Positions 51,152 through 59,806 of a DNA stretch of 64,000 nt are shown in pieces. Position 1 is the first letter of the stretch. Each line of letters begins with the position of its first letter. A program made the translations under genes and the position numbers. Origin of the DNA: a bacterium (GTDB lineage: Bacteria; Planctomycetota; JAFGQW01); contig JAUHXU010000001.1 in NCBI GenBank assembly GCA_030426805.1, forward strand, positions 605,584 to 669,583. The letters are read 5' to 3'. The notes below the pieces were generated by a model that saw only the letters and a program-made list of their open reading frames with translations, made no database searches and had not been told where the DNA came from.

Positions 51152-52936
51152 CTACCCGATCTTGAGCCGGGCGACGTCCGAGAGGGCCTCGACGAGCCCC
51201 GAGGCGTCGAAGATCGCCGCCTGCAGGTAGAACCGCTGGCCGGCCAGCGCTCCGCTCGCCGGGATCGGGGCGACGACCGTGCGGACGCCGCCGGAGAGCG
51301 TGCCGATCCACCCCGGCAGCCCGAACGACAGCGGCAACAGGTCGAGCCCGATGCCGAGGGTCGCGCCGCCGATCGGGGTCGTCGTGCGCACGCCGCTCGC
51401 GACGATCGCGTAGACGCGGCCGGCGGGCCCCGCGAGTCGCAGCGACATCGCCGAGCCCGGCACCGGCACACCGGCGGTGAACGCGAGGTGCGCCGCGAAC
51501 GCCGGATCGGCGGCGTTGGGGTTGCCGGGGGTCCCGCGGTCGCCGGCGCCGAACGGAAGCGTCGCCGCGGCGAAGTTCGCCGCGACGCCCGGGCCCGTCG
51601 GCACGATCCGCTCGGCCGCGACGCCGCTCGAGAACGGGAACGTCCCCGACGTGTAGCGGACGACGTCGATCGCGCCGCCCCACGGATCGTCGATCCGGAT
51701 CTCGTCGGCGCTGTTGGCGAGAAAGTGCGACTGCGGGACCCAGTCCGGCGAGAAGCCGCCGTTGGTGCGGGGGTCGGACGACCGGGCGATCACGATCGAT
51801 CCGCCCGGCTGGACCGGGAGGTTCTGCGTGATGAACTCGGCGTCCACGCCCTCGTCGCGAAACGTGAGGCCGATCATGTCGATCACGCGCGCGGTCGTGT
51901 TGCGCACTTCGACGTATTCGCCGAGGGCGTCCGACACCCGGGCGGGGTTCGGCATGAACTCGGAGACGACGAGGTCACCGACCCCGCGCGCGACGGTCGG
52001 GCCGGTGCCCCCCTCGTCGACCGGGTAGGTGACCGGCGTCAACTGGCCGCCGTCCACCGTGTATTGGTTGCCGTCGGTGCGAATGCGGATCGAACCGTTC
52101 GCCCAGATCCCGCCGAGCCGGCCGGTCCCCGCGGTCGTCTGATACGGCGCGACGACGGTCGGAAAGCGCGTCATGCGGTCGACGATCTCCACATGCGGGT
52201 GGCCGTACGGGTTGTTCAGCCCGCACGAGATGATCGTCGCTTCGGGCCGCGCCGCGTAGAACGTCGCCCAGTTCGACGACGTGTTGCTCCCGTGGTGGCC
52301 GAGACGAGCGACGTCGACGTCGGGGATCGCGCGAGCGACGGTCGTCTCGACGTCGGTCGTGCTGTTGCCGCCGCCGGTGAGATCGCCGCTGGTCCACAGC
52401 GCGAAGTTCCCGTAGGTCAACACGAGCCCGATGCTCGCGGCGTTCTCGAACTGTGGGCCATTGCGGATCTCGACCGACGCATTGCCCTTGACGCGCCCGT
52501 TGACGCACACGCACTCGACGACGACGCCCGCGCCCAGATCGATACGGTCCCCGGGGTTGATCGCGCGTCGCCGCGCGCCGAGCACGGACGCGTAGTCGCG
52601 GTAGCTCGCGGTCGTCGGCACCTGGTGAAACGTGCCACGGTCGAACGCGACCTGCGGCACGAATCCCCCCCGCGCAACCTCGTCGAGCCCACCGATGTGG
52701 TCTGCGTCGTAGTGCGACGCGACCATGTAGGTCAGGTTCGTGAGGCCCGCGGCGCGCATCGCCGGGATCACGACCGCGGTGCCCATCCCGGTGAAGCCCG
52801 CGTCGATCAACAGCGACTGGCCGCTCGGCGACACGATGAGCGTCGCGTCGCCTTGTCCGACGTTGAGGCAGTGAATCTGGAGCGGCTGTGCCGTCGCTGC
52901 GGCAGCAAGGGCGATCCCGATCAGCAGCGCGCGCAT
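51152..52936 (-). CDS. Secreted ComEC/Rec2-type metallo-beta-lactamase-fold hydrolase plus lamin-tail domain plus shared C-terminal domain
   Basis: LNVGQGDATLI, LIDAG, SHYDADHIGG, GHHGS and NPYGHP; LTD motif LVVSEFMPNP...GEYVEVRN...GTPG. Confidence 0.88.
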   Translation of the reverse strand: MRALLIGIALAAAATAQPLQIHCLNVGQGDATLIVSPSGQSLLIDAGFTGMGTAVVIPAMRAAGLTNLTYMVASHYDADHIGGLDEVARGGFVPQVAFDRGTFHQVPTTASYRDYASVLGARRRAINPGDRIDLGAGVVVECVCVNGRVKGNASVEIRNGPQFENAASIGLVLTYGNFALWTSGDLTGGGNSTTDVETTVARAIPDVDVARLGHHGSNTSSNWATFYAARPEATIISCGLNNPYGHPHVEIVDRMTRFPTVVAPYQTTAGTGRLGGIWANGSIRIRTDGNQYTVDGGQLTPVTYPVDEGGTGPTVARGVGDLVVSEFMPNPARVSDALGEYVEVRNTTARVIDMIGLTFRDEGVDAEFITQNLPVQPGGSIVIARSSDPRTNGGFSPDWVPQSHFLANSADEIRIDDPWGGAIDVVRYTSGTFPFSSGVAAERIVPTGPGVAANFAAATLPFGAGDRGTPGNPNAADPAFAAHLAFTAGVPVPGSAMSLRLAGPAGRVYAIVASGVRTTTPIGGATLGIGLDLLPLSFGLPGWIGTLSGGVRTVVAPIPASGALAGQRFYLQAAIFDASGLVEALSDVARLKIG

Positions 52937-53102
52937 GGTCCCTCGTTCCTCATTCGTCTCACCACGCCCAGAACCTATCACCGATCGGGGTCACGGACCA
53001 GCGCACCCTGGCCGGTCGGTGCGCCGCTCCGACCACGGCCTTGAAATGCGCCGCGCCGGCACTCTAAGGCTCTCGGTGACGACACTCTCGATCGGAGACC
53101 GC

Positions 53103-54629
53103 ATGAAACTGCCCAGCGTGCTCGAAGCTCTCGGCCTCACGAACGACAACCCCGGCGTCTACGCGGGCCGGTTCGCGAATCGGTCTCGGGCCGATGCGAT
53201 CGAATCGCGGTCACCGACCGACGGCACCGTGCTCGGCACGGTGCGTCGCGCGACCGTGAACGACTACGAGAAAGCCCGCTCGGTCGCGTGGGACGCGTTC
53301 CCCGCGTGGCGCGACCTGCCCGCACCGAAACGCGGCCTGCTCGTGCGCGACATCGGCGAGGTGCTGCGGGAGAAATGCGAACCGCTCGGCCATCTCGTCT
53401 CCCACGAGATGGGCAAGATCCTCGCGGAGGGCATCGGCGAAGTGCAGGAGATGATCGACATCGCCGACTTCGCGGTGGGGCTGAGCCGCCAGCTCTACGG
53501 AGTGACGATGCACTCCGAGCGGCCGGGCCACCGGATGTACGAACAGTGGCATCCGCTCGGTTGCATCGGGATCATCTCGGCGTTCAACTTCCCGGTCGCG
53601 GTCTGGTCGTGGAACGCGCTGGTCGCCGCTGTCTGCGGCGACACGATGGTGTGGAAGCCGAGCCCGAAGACGCCGTTGACGGCGGTCGCGGTGCACAAGC
53701 TGATCGAGCCGGTGCTCAAAGACCACGGGCACCCCGGCATCATGAACCTCGTCGTCGGCGATGCGGACGTCGGGCAGGCGATGGCCGACGACCCCGGCAT
53801 GCCGCTCGTCAGCTTCACCGGATCGTCCGCGATCGGCAAGCAGGTCGCGTCGCGGGTGGGTGCACGCCTCGGCCGCTCGCTGCTCGAACTCGGCGGCAAC
53901 AACGCGATCATCGTCATGGACGATGCCGACCTCGAACTCGCGATCCCCGCGGTCGTGTTCGGCGCGGTCGGCACCGCCGGTCAACGCTGCACGTCGACCC
54001 GACGCCTGCTCGTCCACCGCGACATCGTCGACACAGTCGTCCGTCGTCTGAAGAAGGCCTACGCCCAGGTGCGCATCGGCGATCCGCTCTCGAAGAACAC
54101 GCTGATGGGCCCGCTCATCGACGCCGACGCCGTCGAGCGGTTCGAAAGCGCGCTCGCGCGGATCAAGCGGGAAGGCGGCCGTGTCGTCTGCGGCGGCAAG
54201 GCGCTGACGACCGGCAAGCACCGCCGCGGCCACTTCGTCGAACCGACGATCGTCCGCGCCGACTTCGACCTCCCCGCGATGCAGGAGGAGGTCTTCGCGC
54301 CGATCCTCTACGTCGTCGCGGTCGACTCGCTCGACGAAGCGATCGCGATCCACAACGAAGTGCCGCAGGGTCTGTCGAGTGCGATCTTCACGGAGCGCTT
54401 CAAGACCGCCGAGCGGTTCCTCTCGCACGCGGGCAGCGACTGCGGAATCGCGAACGTCAACATCGGCACGTCCGGTGCCGAGATCGGCGGCGCGTTCGGC
54501 GGGGAGAAGGAGACCGGCGGCGGCCGTGAGGCCGGGTCGGACTCGTGGCGCGCCTACATGCGCCGACAGACGAACACGCTCAACTGGTCCGACGATCTGC
54601 CGCTCGCCCAGGGCATTCGCTTCGGATAG
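53103..54629 (+). CDS. Aldehyde dehydrogenase family 7 (piperideine-6-carboxylate/aminoadipate-semialdehyde dehydrogenase-like)
   Basis: GLSRQLYG.TMHSERP.HRMYEQWHPLG, ISAFNFPVAVW, LELGGNN, GTAGQRCT and GAEIGGAFGGEKETGGGRE. Confidence 0.93.
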   Translation: MKLPSVLEALGLTNDNPGVYAGRFANRSRADAIESRSPTDGTVLGTVRRATVNDYEKARSVAWDAFPAWRDLPAPKRGLLVRDIGEVLREKCEPLGHLVSHEMGKILAEGIGEVQEMIDIADFAVGLSRQLYGVTMHSERPGHRMYEQWHPLGCIGIISAFNFPVAVWSWNALVAAVCGDTMVWKPSPKTPLTAVAVHKLIEPVLKDHGHPGIMNLVVGDADVGQAMADDPGMPLVSFTGSSAIGKQVASRVGARLGRSLLELGGNNAIIVMDDADLELAIPAVVFGAVGTAGQRCTSTRRLLVHRDIVDTVVRRLKKAYAQVRIGDPLSKNTLMGPLIDADAVERFESALARIKREGGRVVCGGKALTTGKHRRGHFVEPTIVRADFDLPAMQEEVFAPILYVVAVDSLDEAIAIHNEVPQGLSSAIFTERFKTAERFLSHAGSDCGIANVNIGTSGAEIGGAFGGEKETGGGREAGSDSWRAYMRRQTNTLNWSDDLPLAQGIRFG

Positions 54630-54642
54630 GAATGCGTCGGCG

Positions 54643-56391
54643 TCAGTCGCCGACGCGACGCCGGACCGTCCACGCGCCGTACGACACGGCCTCGCGGAAG
54701 TGCGTGCGGATGTGCGCGTCGAGGCGGTCGGCGCCGCGATACGCGCGGGCCTCGTAGCTCGGGTCGCCCTCGAGGTTCTCGCGCAAGATCACCCATCGGA
54801 CGCGGTTGCGCTCGAGCTCGGCGATCATCTCGCGCTGGATCGCCGGCTCGGTCGTCATGCCGGGTTCGAGCATGTGTCGCCGCACGCCCGGACGTCGACC
54901 CGCGATCCAATAGGTGCGCGTCGGGCACATGAACACGTCCGCGTGATCCCGGAGGCCGACGTAGATCGGGTCGTCCGCGGCGGTGCGCTCATGCACGTAG
55001 CGGACCGCCGCGATCTCGTCGGCGTCGCGAAAGAGCCGCGCCGCGAGCGGGTTCGCGTCGGGCCCGGGCGCCATCAGCACCGCGGTGTCACCCCGCGACA
55101 GCAGTTCGGACGCGCCGCGACGGAGCGCGCTCAGCTCGTCGGTGACGAGGGCCGGTGCGCGCCGAACGAGCCAGCGCTGATCCCACGCGCCGACCGGTAG
55201 CGTCAGGAACGCGACGAGCGCGACCGCGAGTACGCGCTCGGCGCGTCGCAGCGCGAGCCCACGGTCGAACACGAACGGTCCGAGCAGCGCCACGAACGGC
55301 ACCATCGCATGGTAGTGGAAGCGGTCGGCACGGCTCAGGAAGTAGTGGCCGAACAACGTGAATGCGAGCCAGACGACGAACTCGGGGCGCCCGAGTCGCG
55401 CACGTGTGCACTGCCACGCGACGAGTGCCGCCGCCGCGACGATGAAGATTCTCGGGAGCGCGCTGGGGGACGTGATCCCGACGGCGAGGGTGCCGGCTCC
55501 GATGAGCAACGCCAGTCCGGCGGCGACGAGCCGCGCCACACCGCTTCGCCGCAGCGCGATCCAGACGAACGGAGCCGCGATCGCCGCGGCCGCCGCGAGT
55601 CCCGCGGGGTCGAGCGCGAGGGCGAGGATCCGGTGCTGCTCGAGGTGCTCGCCCGGAAACGCGATCATGTCGTCCCACAACAGCGCCAATGCGTCGCGGT
55701 AGCGAAACGCATAGACACCGAGGACGATCACGACCGGGACGGCGAACGCGCAGCAGCGACGGAACCAGCCCGCGCGGTGTTCGGCGTGGAGGACGTCGAG
55801 CACGAGCGTCACGCCGACCGCGAGGCCCACGTAGCCGCCGAAGTTGAGCTTCGTCAGCGCCCCGATGCCGACGACGACGCCCGCTGCGGCGAGCCAGGTC
55901 GCCGGCCGCCGCGTCCCGCGCTCGAGTCCGACGAGGGCGAGCAAGAGGCCCGCGAACGAGAACGCGAGGCCGTTGAACGAGTAGTTCGTGAACGAGGCGC
56001 CGATCGCGACGGCCGCGAACAGTGTCCACCCCGTCGCCGCCCCCGTCGACAGGCGCCGGGCTCGGCGCAGGTAGAGGAACCACGCGGCGAGCAGGAGCAC
56101 GTAGATCGCCGCCTGCACGAGCCGCTCGGCGACGACCGACGGTCCGAGCGCGCCGAACGCGGCGGCGTTCAGCCGGTAGTTGAGCGCCGGGTACATCGTC
56201 CAGAAGTCGACGTGCGGCCGCAGCCCTCGCTGGATCAGCATCGCGTCGACGAGGTTGACCGGCTCGTCGAGCAGCGCGAGTTGCATCGTCAGAAACTGAA
56301 CGACGTGAAGCCCGACGTAGGCGATCAGCAGGAGAGCGAAGAGCCACGGGAGGGCTCGTCGTCGGGTGACTCGGTCCAAGGCGTTCTCCAC
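54643..56391 (-). CDS. Multi-TM membrane protein, GT-C glycosyltransferase-like
   Basis: LDEP...GLRPHVDFWTMYP and LTKLNFG motifs; more than 10 TM segments; soluble C-terminal domain. Start uncertain. Confidence 0.6.
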   Translation of the reverse strand: MENALDRVTRRRALPWLFALLLIAYVGLHVVQFLTMQLALLDEPVNLVDAMLIQRGLRPHVDFWTMYPALNYRLNAAAFGALGPSVVAERLVQAAIYVLLLAAWFLYLRRARRLSTGAATGWTLFAAVAIGASFTNYSFNGLAFSFAGLLLALVGLERGTRRPATWLAAAGVVVGIGALTKLNFGGYVGLAVGVTLVLDVLHAEHRAGWFRRCCAFAVPVVIVLGVYAFRYRDALALLWDDMIAFPGEHLEQHRILALALDPAGLAAAAAIAAPFVWIALRRSGVARLVAAGLALLIGAGTLAVGITSPSALPRIFIVAAAALVAWQCTRARLGRPEFVVWLAFTLFGHYFLSRADRFHYHAMVPFVALLGPFVFDRGLALRRAERVLAVALVAFLTLPVGAWDQRWLVRRAPALVTDELSALRRGASELLSRGDTAVLMAPGPDANPLAARLFRDADEIAAVRYVHERTAADDPIYVGLRDHADVFMCPTRTYWIAGRRPGVRRHMLEPGMTTEPAIQREMIAELERNRVRWVILRENLEGDPSYEARAYRGADRLDAHIRTHFREAVSYGAWTVRRRVGD

Positions 56392-56497
56392 CGGATGGAT
56401 GCCGCGATCGGCGGCCCGAGTATACGCCGCGCGCTCCCCAAAGCAAAACGGCCGGCGCTGGGCGCCGGCCGTCTCGCATCGTTGTATCGTCCGCGGT

Positions 56498-58960
56498 CTA
56501 CTGGACCTTGACGCGCGACACGTTCGAGAAACCCGAGACCACGCCACCGACGGAGAACATCGCGAGGCCGTCGACCTCGATGCCCGTCAGCGCGTTCGCC
56601 ACGGCCGGCGCGAACGCGTAGACCGTGTTCGGGAAGCTCGCACCCGCGTGGTTCGGGAAGTGGAACGGGCTGCCCGCGGCCGCCGGCATCGAGAAACCGA
56701 GCGCGGTGATCGTGTCCGGGCGCAGACCCATCGCCTCGCCGAAGCCGGCCTGGCGCGACGTGTCGAGCGAGAACAGCACCCACCCCTCGGTGTAGCCGGC
56801 CGGAAGGCTCGTCAACTGCACGCGGAGATCGCCGGCGTTGTTGCTGATCAGGCTCAGCTTCGCACCGGAATCGTCCCGCCCCGCACCCAGGCCGCTCGCG
56901 ACGAGCGCGAAGTCCGCGTCGACGCCGGCCGTCTCGGTGTGGCCGTCCTGCGCGATCGACGTCGCGGTGACCTCGATTGCCCAGATGCCGCTCGTCGGGT
57001 TCTGCACGAACACGTTCTCGAGCGTGTCGATCGTGTTCGCACTGCCGCCGGACGTGCTGTAGTTACCCGTCAGCAGGCCGTTGTTGCCCCAGTAGACGGT
57101 GTTGTCCGGTGCCGTGACCTTCAGCGTGAGGTCGTTGATGCGGTGGACCGACGAGTTCGCCGCACCGGCGGGATCGGCGTAGTTCATCGACACCTTCAAC
57201 TCGGGCGTGCCCGACTTGACCCACACGAGGTAGGTCTTCGTCGCACCCTGCGTCAGAACGTCGAGTTCGTCGAGCACGAGCGACTGCTTGCGCTTGTCCC
57301 ACGCGTCCTGGACGCTCGGCATGCCGTAGCCCTGGTGAACGCGCGTCATGTCGTGGCCGGTGCCCGAGAACGAGTACTGGCGCGCGAAGTTGACGAGGAT
57401 GCACTTCGTCGTCGTCATGTGCGGCCGGTTCGTGAACCGGGCGGCATTGCCCGTCGTCGCGAACTGGTGGCCGAACGCCCCGTCGGTGTACATCTCGAGG
57501 AGAAGCCCCACGTGGCCGGCCGTCGTCGGCGTCGCGCCGGACGTGCCGCCGAACGACGTCGTGTAGTTCGTCCCGTTGGAACCGGTCGAGCGGATGTTGT
57601 CGTAGTAGGCCGAGATGTCCGGCTTGATGCGGCCGTCGGATGCCGGGCCGATGCTTCCGGAGTTCGACCACGTGTCATCGCCCGTGGCCGCCGTGTTCTG
57701 GTGACGGAAACCGCCGACCGAGATCATGTTCTTCGCCCACGCCTGCGGACGCGACGGCGGTGCGCCGGCGTTGCTCTGGCTCTGGGTGTGTGCGATGTCG
57801 TACTTGAACAGGATGTCGTCCATCTGCGACGAGACCGACGTGTAGAGCGTCGTGCGCCCACCGCCCCACGATGCCGTCATGAACATCGCGCGATAGATGT
57901 CGTTCGGGTCGACGGCCTGCGCGGTCATCGAATCGCGGTTGGACCCGATCGCACCACTCGACGCCGCGATGCACTGCGCATCCGGAACGAGGCCGCGATA
58001 GATCGCGCTCACGCCGCGGGCGAAGATGATGCCGTTGACGCTGTTGCCGTGGCTGTCACGGAGCGTCGTCGTGTGACGGATCGGCGCGCTGCGATACGGC
58101 GTCGCGGCGAACTCGGTGTGGGCGTCGAAGATGCCCTCGGTGTTGTAGCCGCGGATCCCCTTGCCCGTGTAGCCGTTCGGCGACTGCGGCTCGAGGTAGT
58201 TCGCACCACCCTGGATCCGTGCGATGTCGACGTCCTTCTCGATCGGCGTCCAGCGATCGATCCACAGCACGTCGTTCCACTCCATCACCGAGCGCATCTG
58301 GGCGTCGGTCATGCCGACGTCGACGAGAATGCTGCCGCGGTGCTCGTTGACGACGTGCACACCGGCCTCGCGCAGGCGCGCGACGAAGGCCGCATGCCCC
58401 TGCGCGCTCCAGTCGACCGGCATCACGTTGTAGCGACGCGTCGGGAAGCCGTTGCTCGTGACGAGTTCGTCGATCAGTTCCTCTTCGAGGCGGTAGGCGG
58501 TGTGGAACTCACCGACCCAGCGCACGAACGGCAGCGACGCGACGTGGCTCGTCACCGCGCGAGGCATCCGCACGACGGCGCACTGCCACGGGATGAAGCG
58601 ATACACCGCGACACCGGCGTCCTCGAGGATCGCGCGATACTCGTCGGTGATCGTCGTCATGAACTGCACGAGGAACAGCTCGTTCGCCGCCGACGCACGC
58701 AGCGAAGCGGGAACGGTCGGCACCGACTCGAGCGGATCGAACGTGCCGTAGCGCAGCATCACCCGGTAGTCGGGCTTCGCGAGACGCGTCCAACGATTGC
58801 CACCGTCGCGACTGATGCGCGCGATGCCTTCCCCTACCTGCACGGTGGCGCCGGCCACCTCGAACTCGCGCGACTCGGCGCGGTCGGCATCCTGTGCCGT
58901 ACCGCCCGCCGCGAACGCGAGCACGCATCCCAGCCCCATGGCGAGATATCGCCTACGCAT
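56498..58960 (-). CDS. Secreted S8 subtilase plus divergent shared C-terminal domain
   Basis: Signal peptide and prodomain; HGNSVNG, SQSNAG, DGRIKPD, FGGTSGATP and QGYG; P-domain-like NDLTLKV...ENVFV. Confidence 0.9.
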   Translation of the reverse strand: MRRRYLAMGLGCVLAFAAGGTAQDADRAESREFEVAGATVQVGEGIARISRDGGNRWTRLAKPDYRVMLRYGTFDPLESVPTVPASLRASAANELFLVQFMTTITDEYRAILEDAGVAVYRFIPWQCAVVRMPRAVTSHVASLPFVRWVGEFHTAYRLEEELIDELVTSNGFPTRRYNVMPVDWSAQGHAAFVARLREAGVHVVNEHRGSILVDVGMTDAQMRSVMEWNDVLWIDRWTPIEKDVDIARIQGGANYLEPQSPNGYTGKGIRGYNTEGIFDAHTEFAATPYRSAPIRHTTTLRDSHGNSVNGIIFARGVSAIYRGLVPDAQCIAASSGAIGSNRDSMTAQAVDPNDIYRAMFMTASWGGGRTTLYTSVSSQMDDILFKYDIAHTQSQSNAGAPPSRPQAWAKNMISVGGFRHQNTAATGDDTWSNSGSIGPASDGRIKPDISAYYDNIRSTGSNGTNYTTSFGGTSGATPTTAGHVGLLLEMYTDGAFGHQFATTGNAARFTNRPHMTTTKCILVNFARQYSFSGTGHDMTRVHQGYGMPSVQDAWDKRKQSLVLDELDVLTQGATKTYLVWVKSGTPELKVSMNYADPAGAANSSVHRINDLTLKVTAPDNTVYWGNNGLLTGNYSTSGGSANTIDTLENVFVQNPTSGIWAIEVTATSIAQDGHTETAGVDADFALVASGLGAGRDDSGAKLSLISNNAGDLRVQLTSLPAGYTEGWVLFSLDTSRQAGFGEAMGLRPDTITALGFSMPAAAGSPFHFPNHAGASFPNTVYAFAPAVANALTGIEVDGLAMFSVGGVVSGFSNVSRVKVQ

Positions 58961-59255
58961 ACGGAGTCTCCTACCTGGAAAGCGGACCTGGTGCTTCGAG
59001 CAAGGCCCTCTCAAGAACTTCTGCCCTAAAAGCCTACCCTACCGATTCTTCGGGGCGAGGGTCAAGTCGAGATCATCGGACCGATTCATCCACGAATCGT
59101 CTGCGCATCGAGAATCGTCTCGAATCGGATCGGCGCCGCGCGCATTCAGCGCACAATGTGCGAAGGCGTGTGCGAACGAACGTGCTCGCGACCATCTCGC
59201 TTCGAGCACGAACCACCAGCCCGATCCTGGACAGGTGTACGGACATTCATCGCGC

Positions 59256-59700
59256 CCCCCTCACGGGGGCGCGCGCGTCAGCGAACCGCGCACGGGTGAA
59301 CGACGTGCTCGCGCCGACTCGCTCGGGCAGCGACCACCACCCGCCGCAGCTGGCTATGACCACCGGCGCGACCCGGAGCGTGGCAACGCCAGCCGTTGCG
59401 CGCCACCCGCGACGACGCCGAAGCCTCACACGACCCGTGGAGCGAACGGCTCGCCTGGCGCAACGCCAGGCCCCCTCACGCGGACGCGAGCGTCAACGAA
59501 CCGCGCACGGGTGAACGAACGTGCTCGCGCCGACTCGCTCGGGCAGCGACCACCACCCGCCGCAGCAGGCTCTGGCCACCTGCGCGATCCGGAGCGTGGC
59601 AACGCCAGCCGTTGCTCGCCACCCGCGACGACGCCGGAGCCTCACACGATCCGTGGAGCGAACGGCTCGCCTGGCGCAACGCCAGGCCCCCTAAGGGGGC
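59256..59700. repeat. Tandem ~215-bp non-coding repeat (2 copies plus a partial third) rich in hairpins
   Basis: Copies start at 59256 and 59471, and a third begins at 59687; each contains CCTGGCG-CAA-CGCCAGG; a degenerate fragment lies near 59170-59225. Confidence 0.85.
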
Positions 59701-59806
59701 GGATCGCGAAGCGATCCCGGGGGTGAAGACAACACGCGGCAGTAAACGCGTCCGACACACCCGCGCATCTGGACGTCATCAGCCCGACGCACGGCAACCC
59801 CGCGCA

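Noticed and set aside
59256-59700. CRISPR array or repeat-protein gene
   Set aside because: The unit is ~215 bp with no unique spacers, there are no cas genes, and the copies differ by a frameshifting indel.
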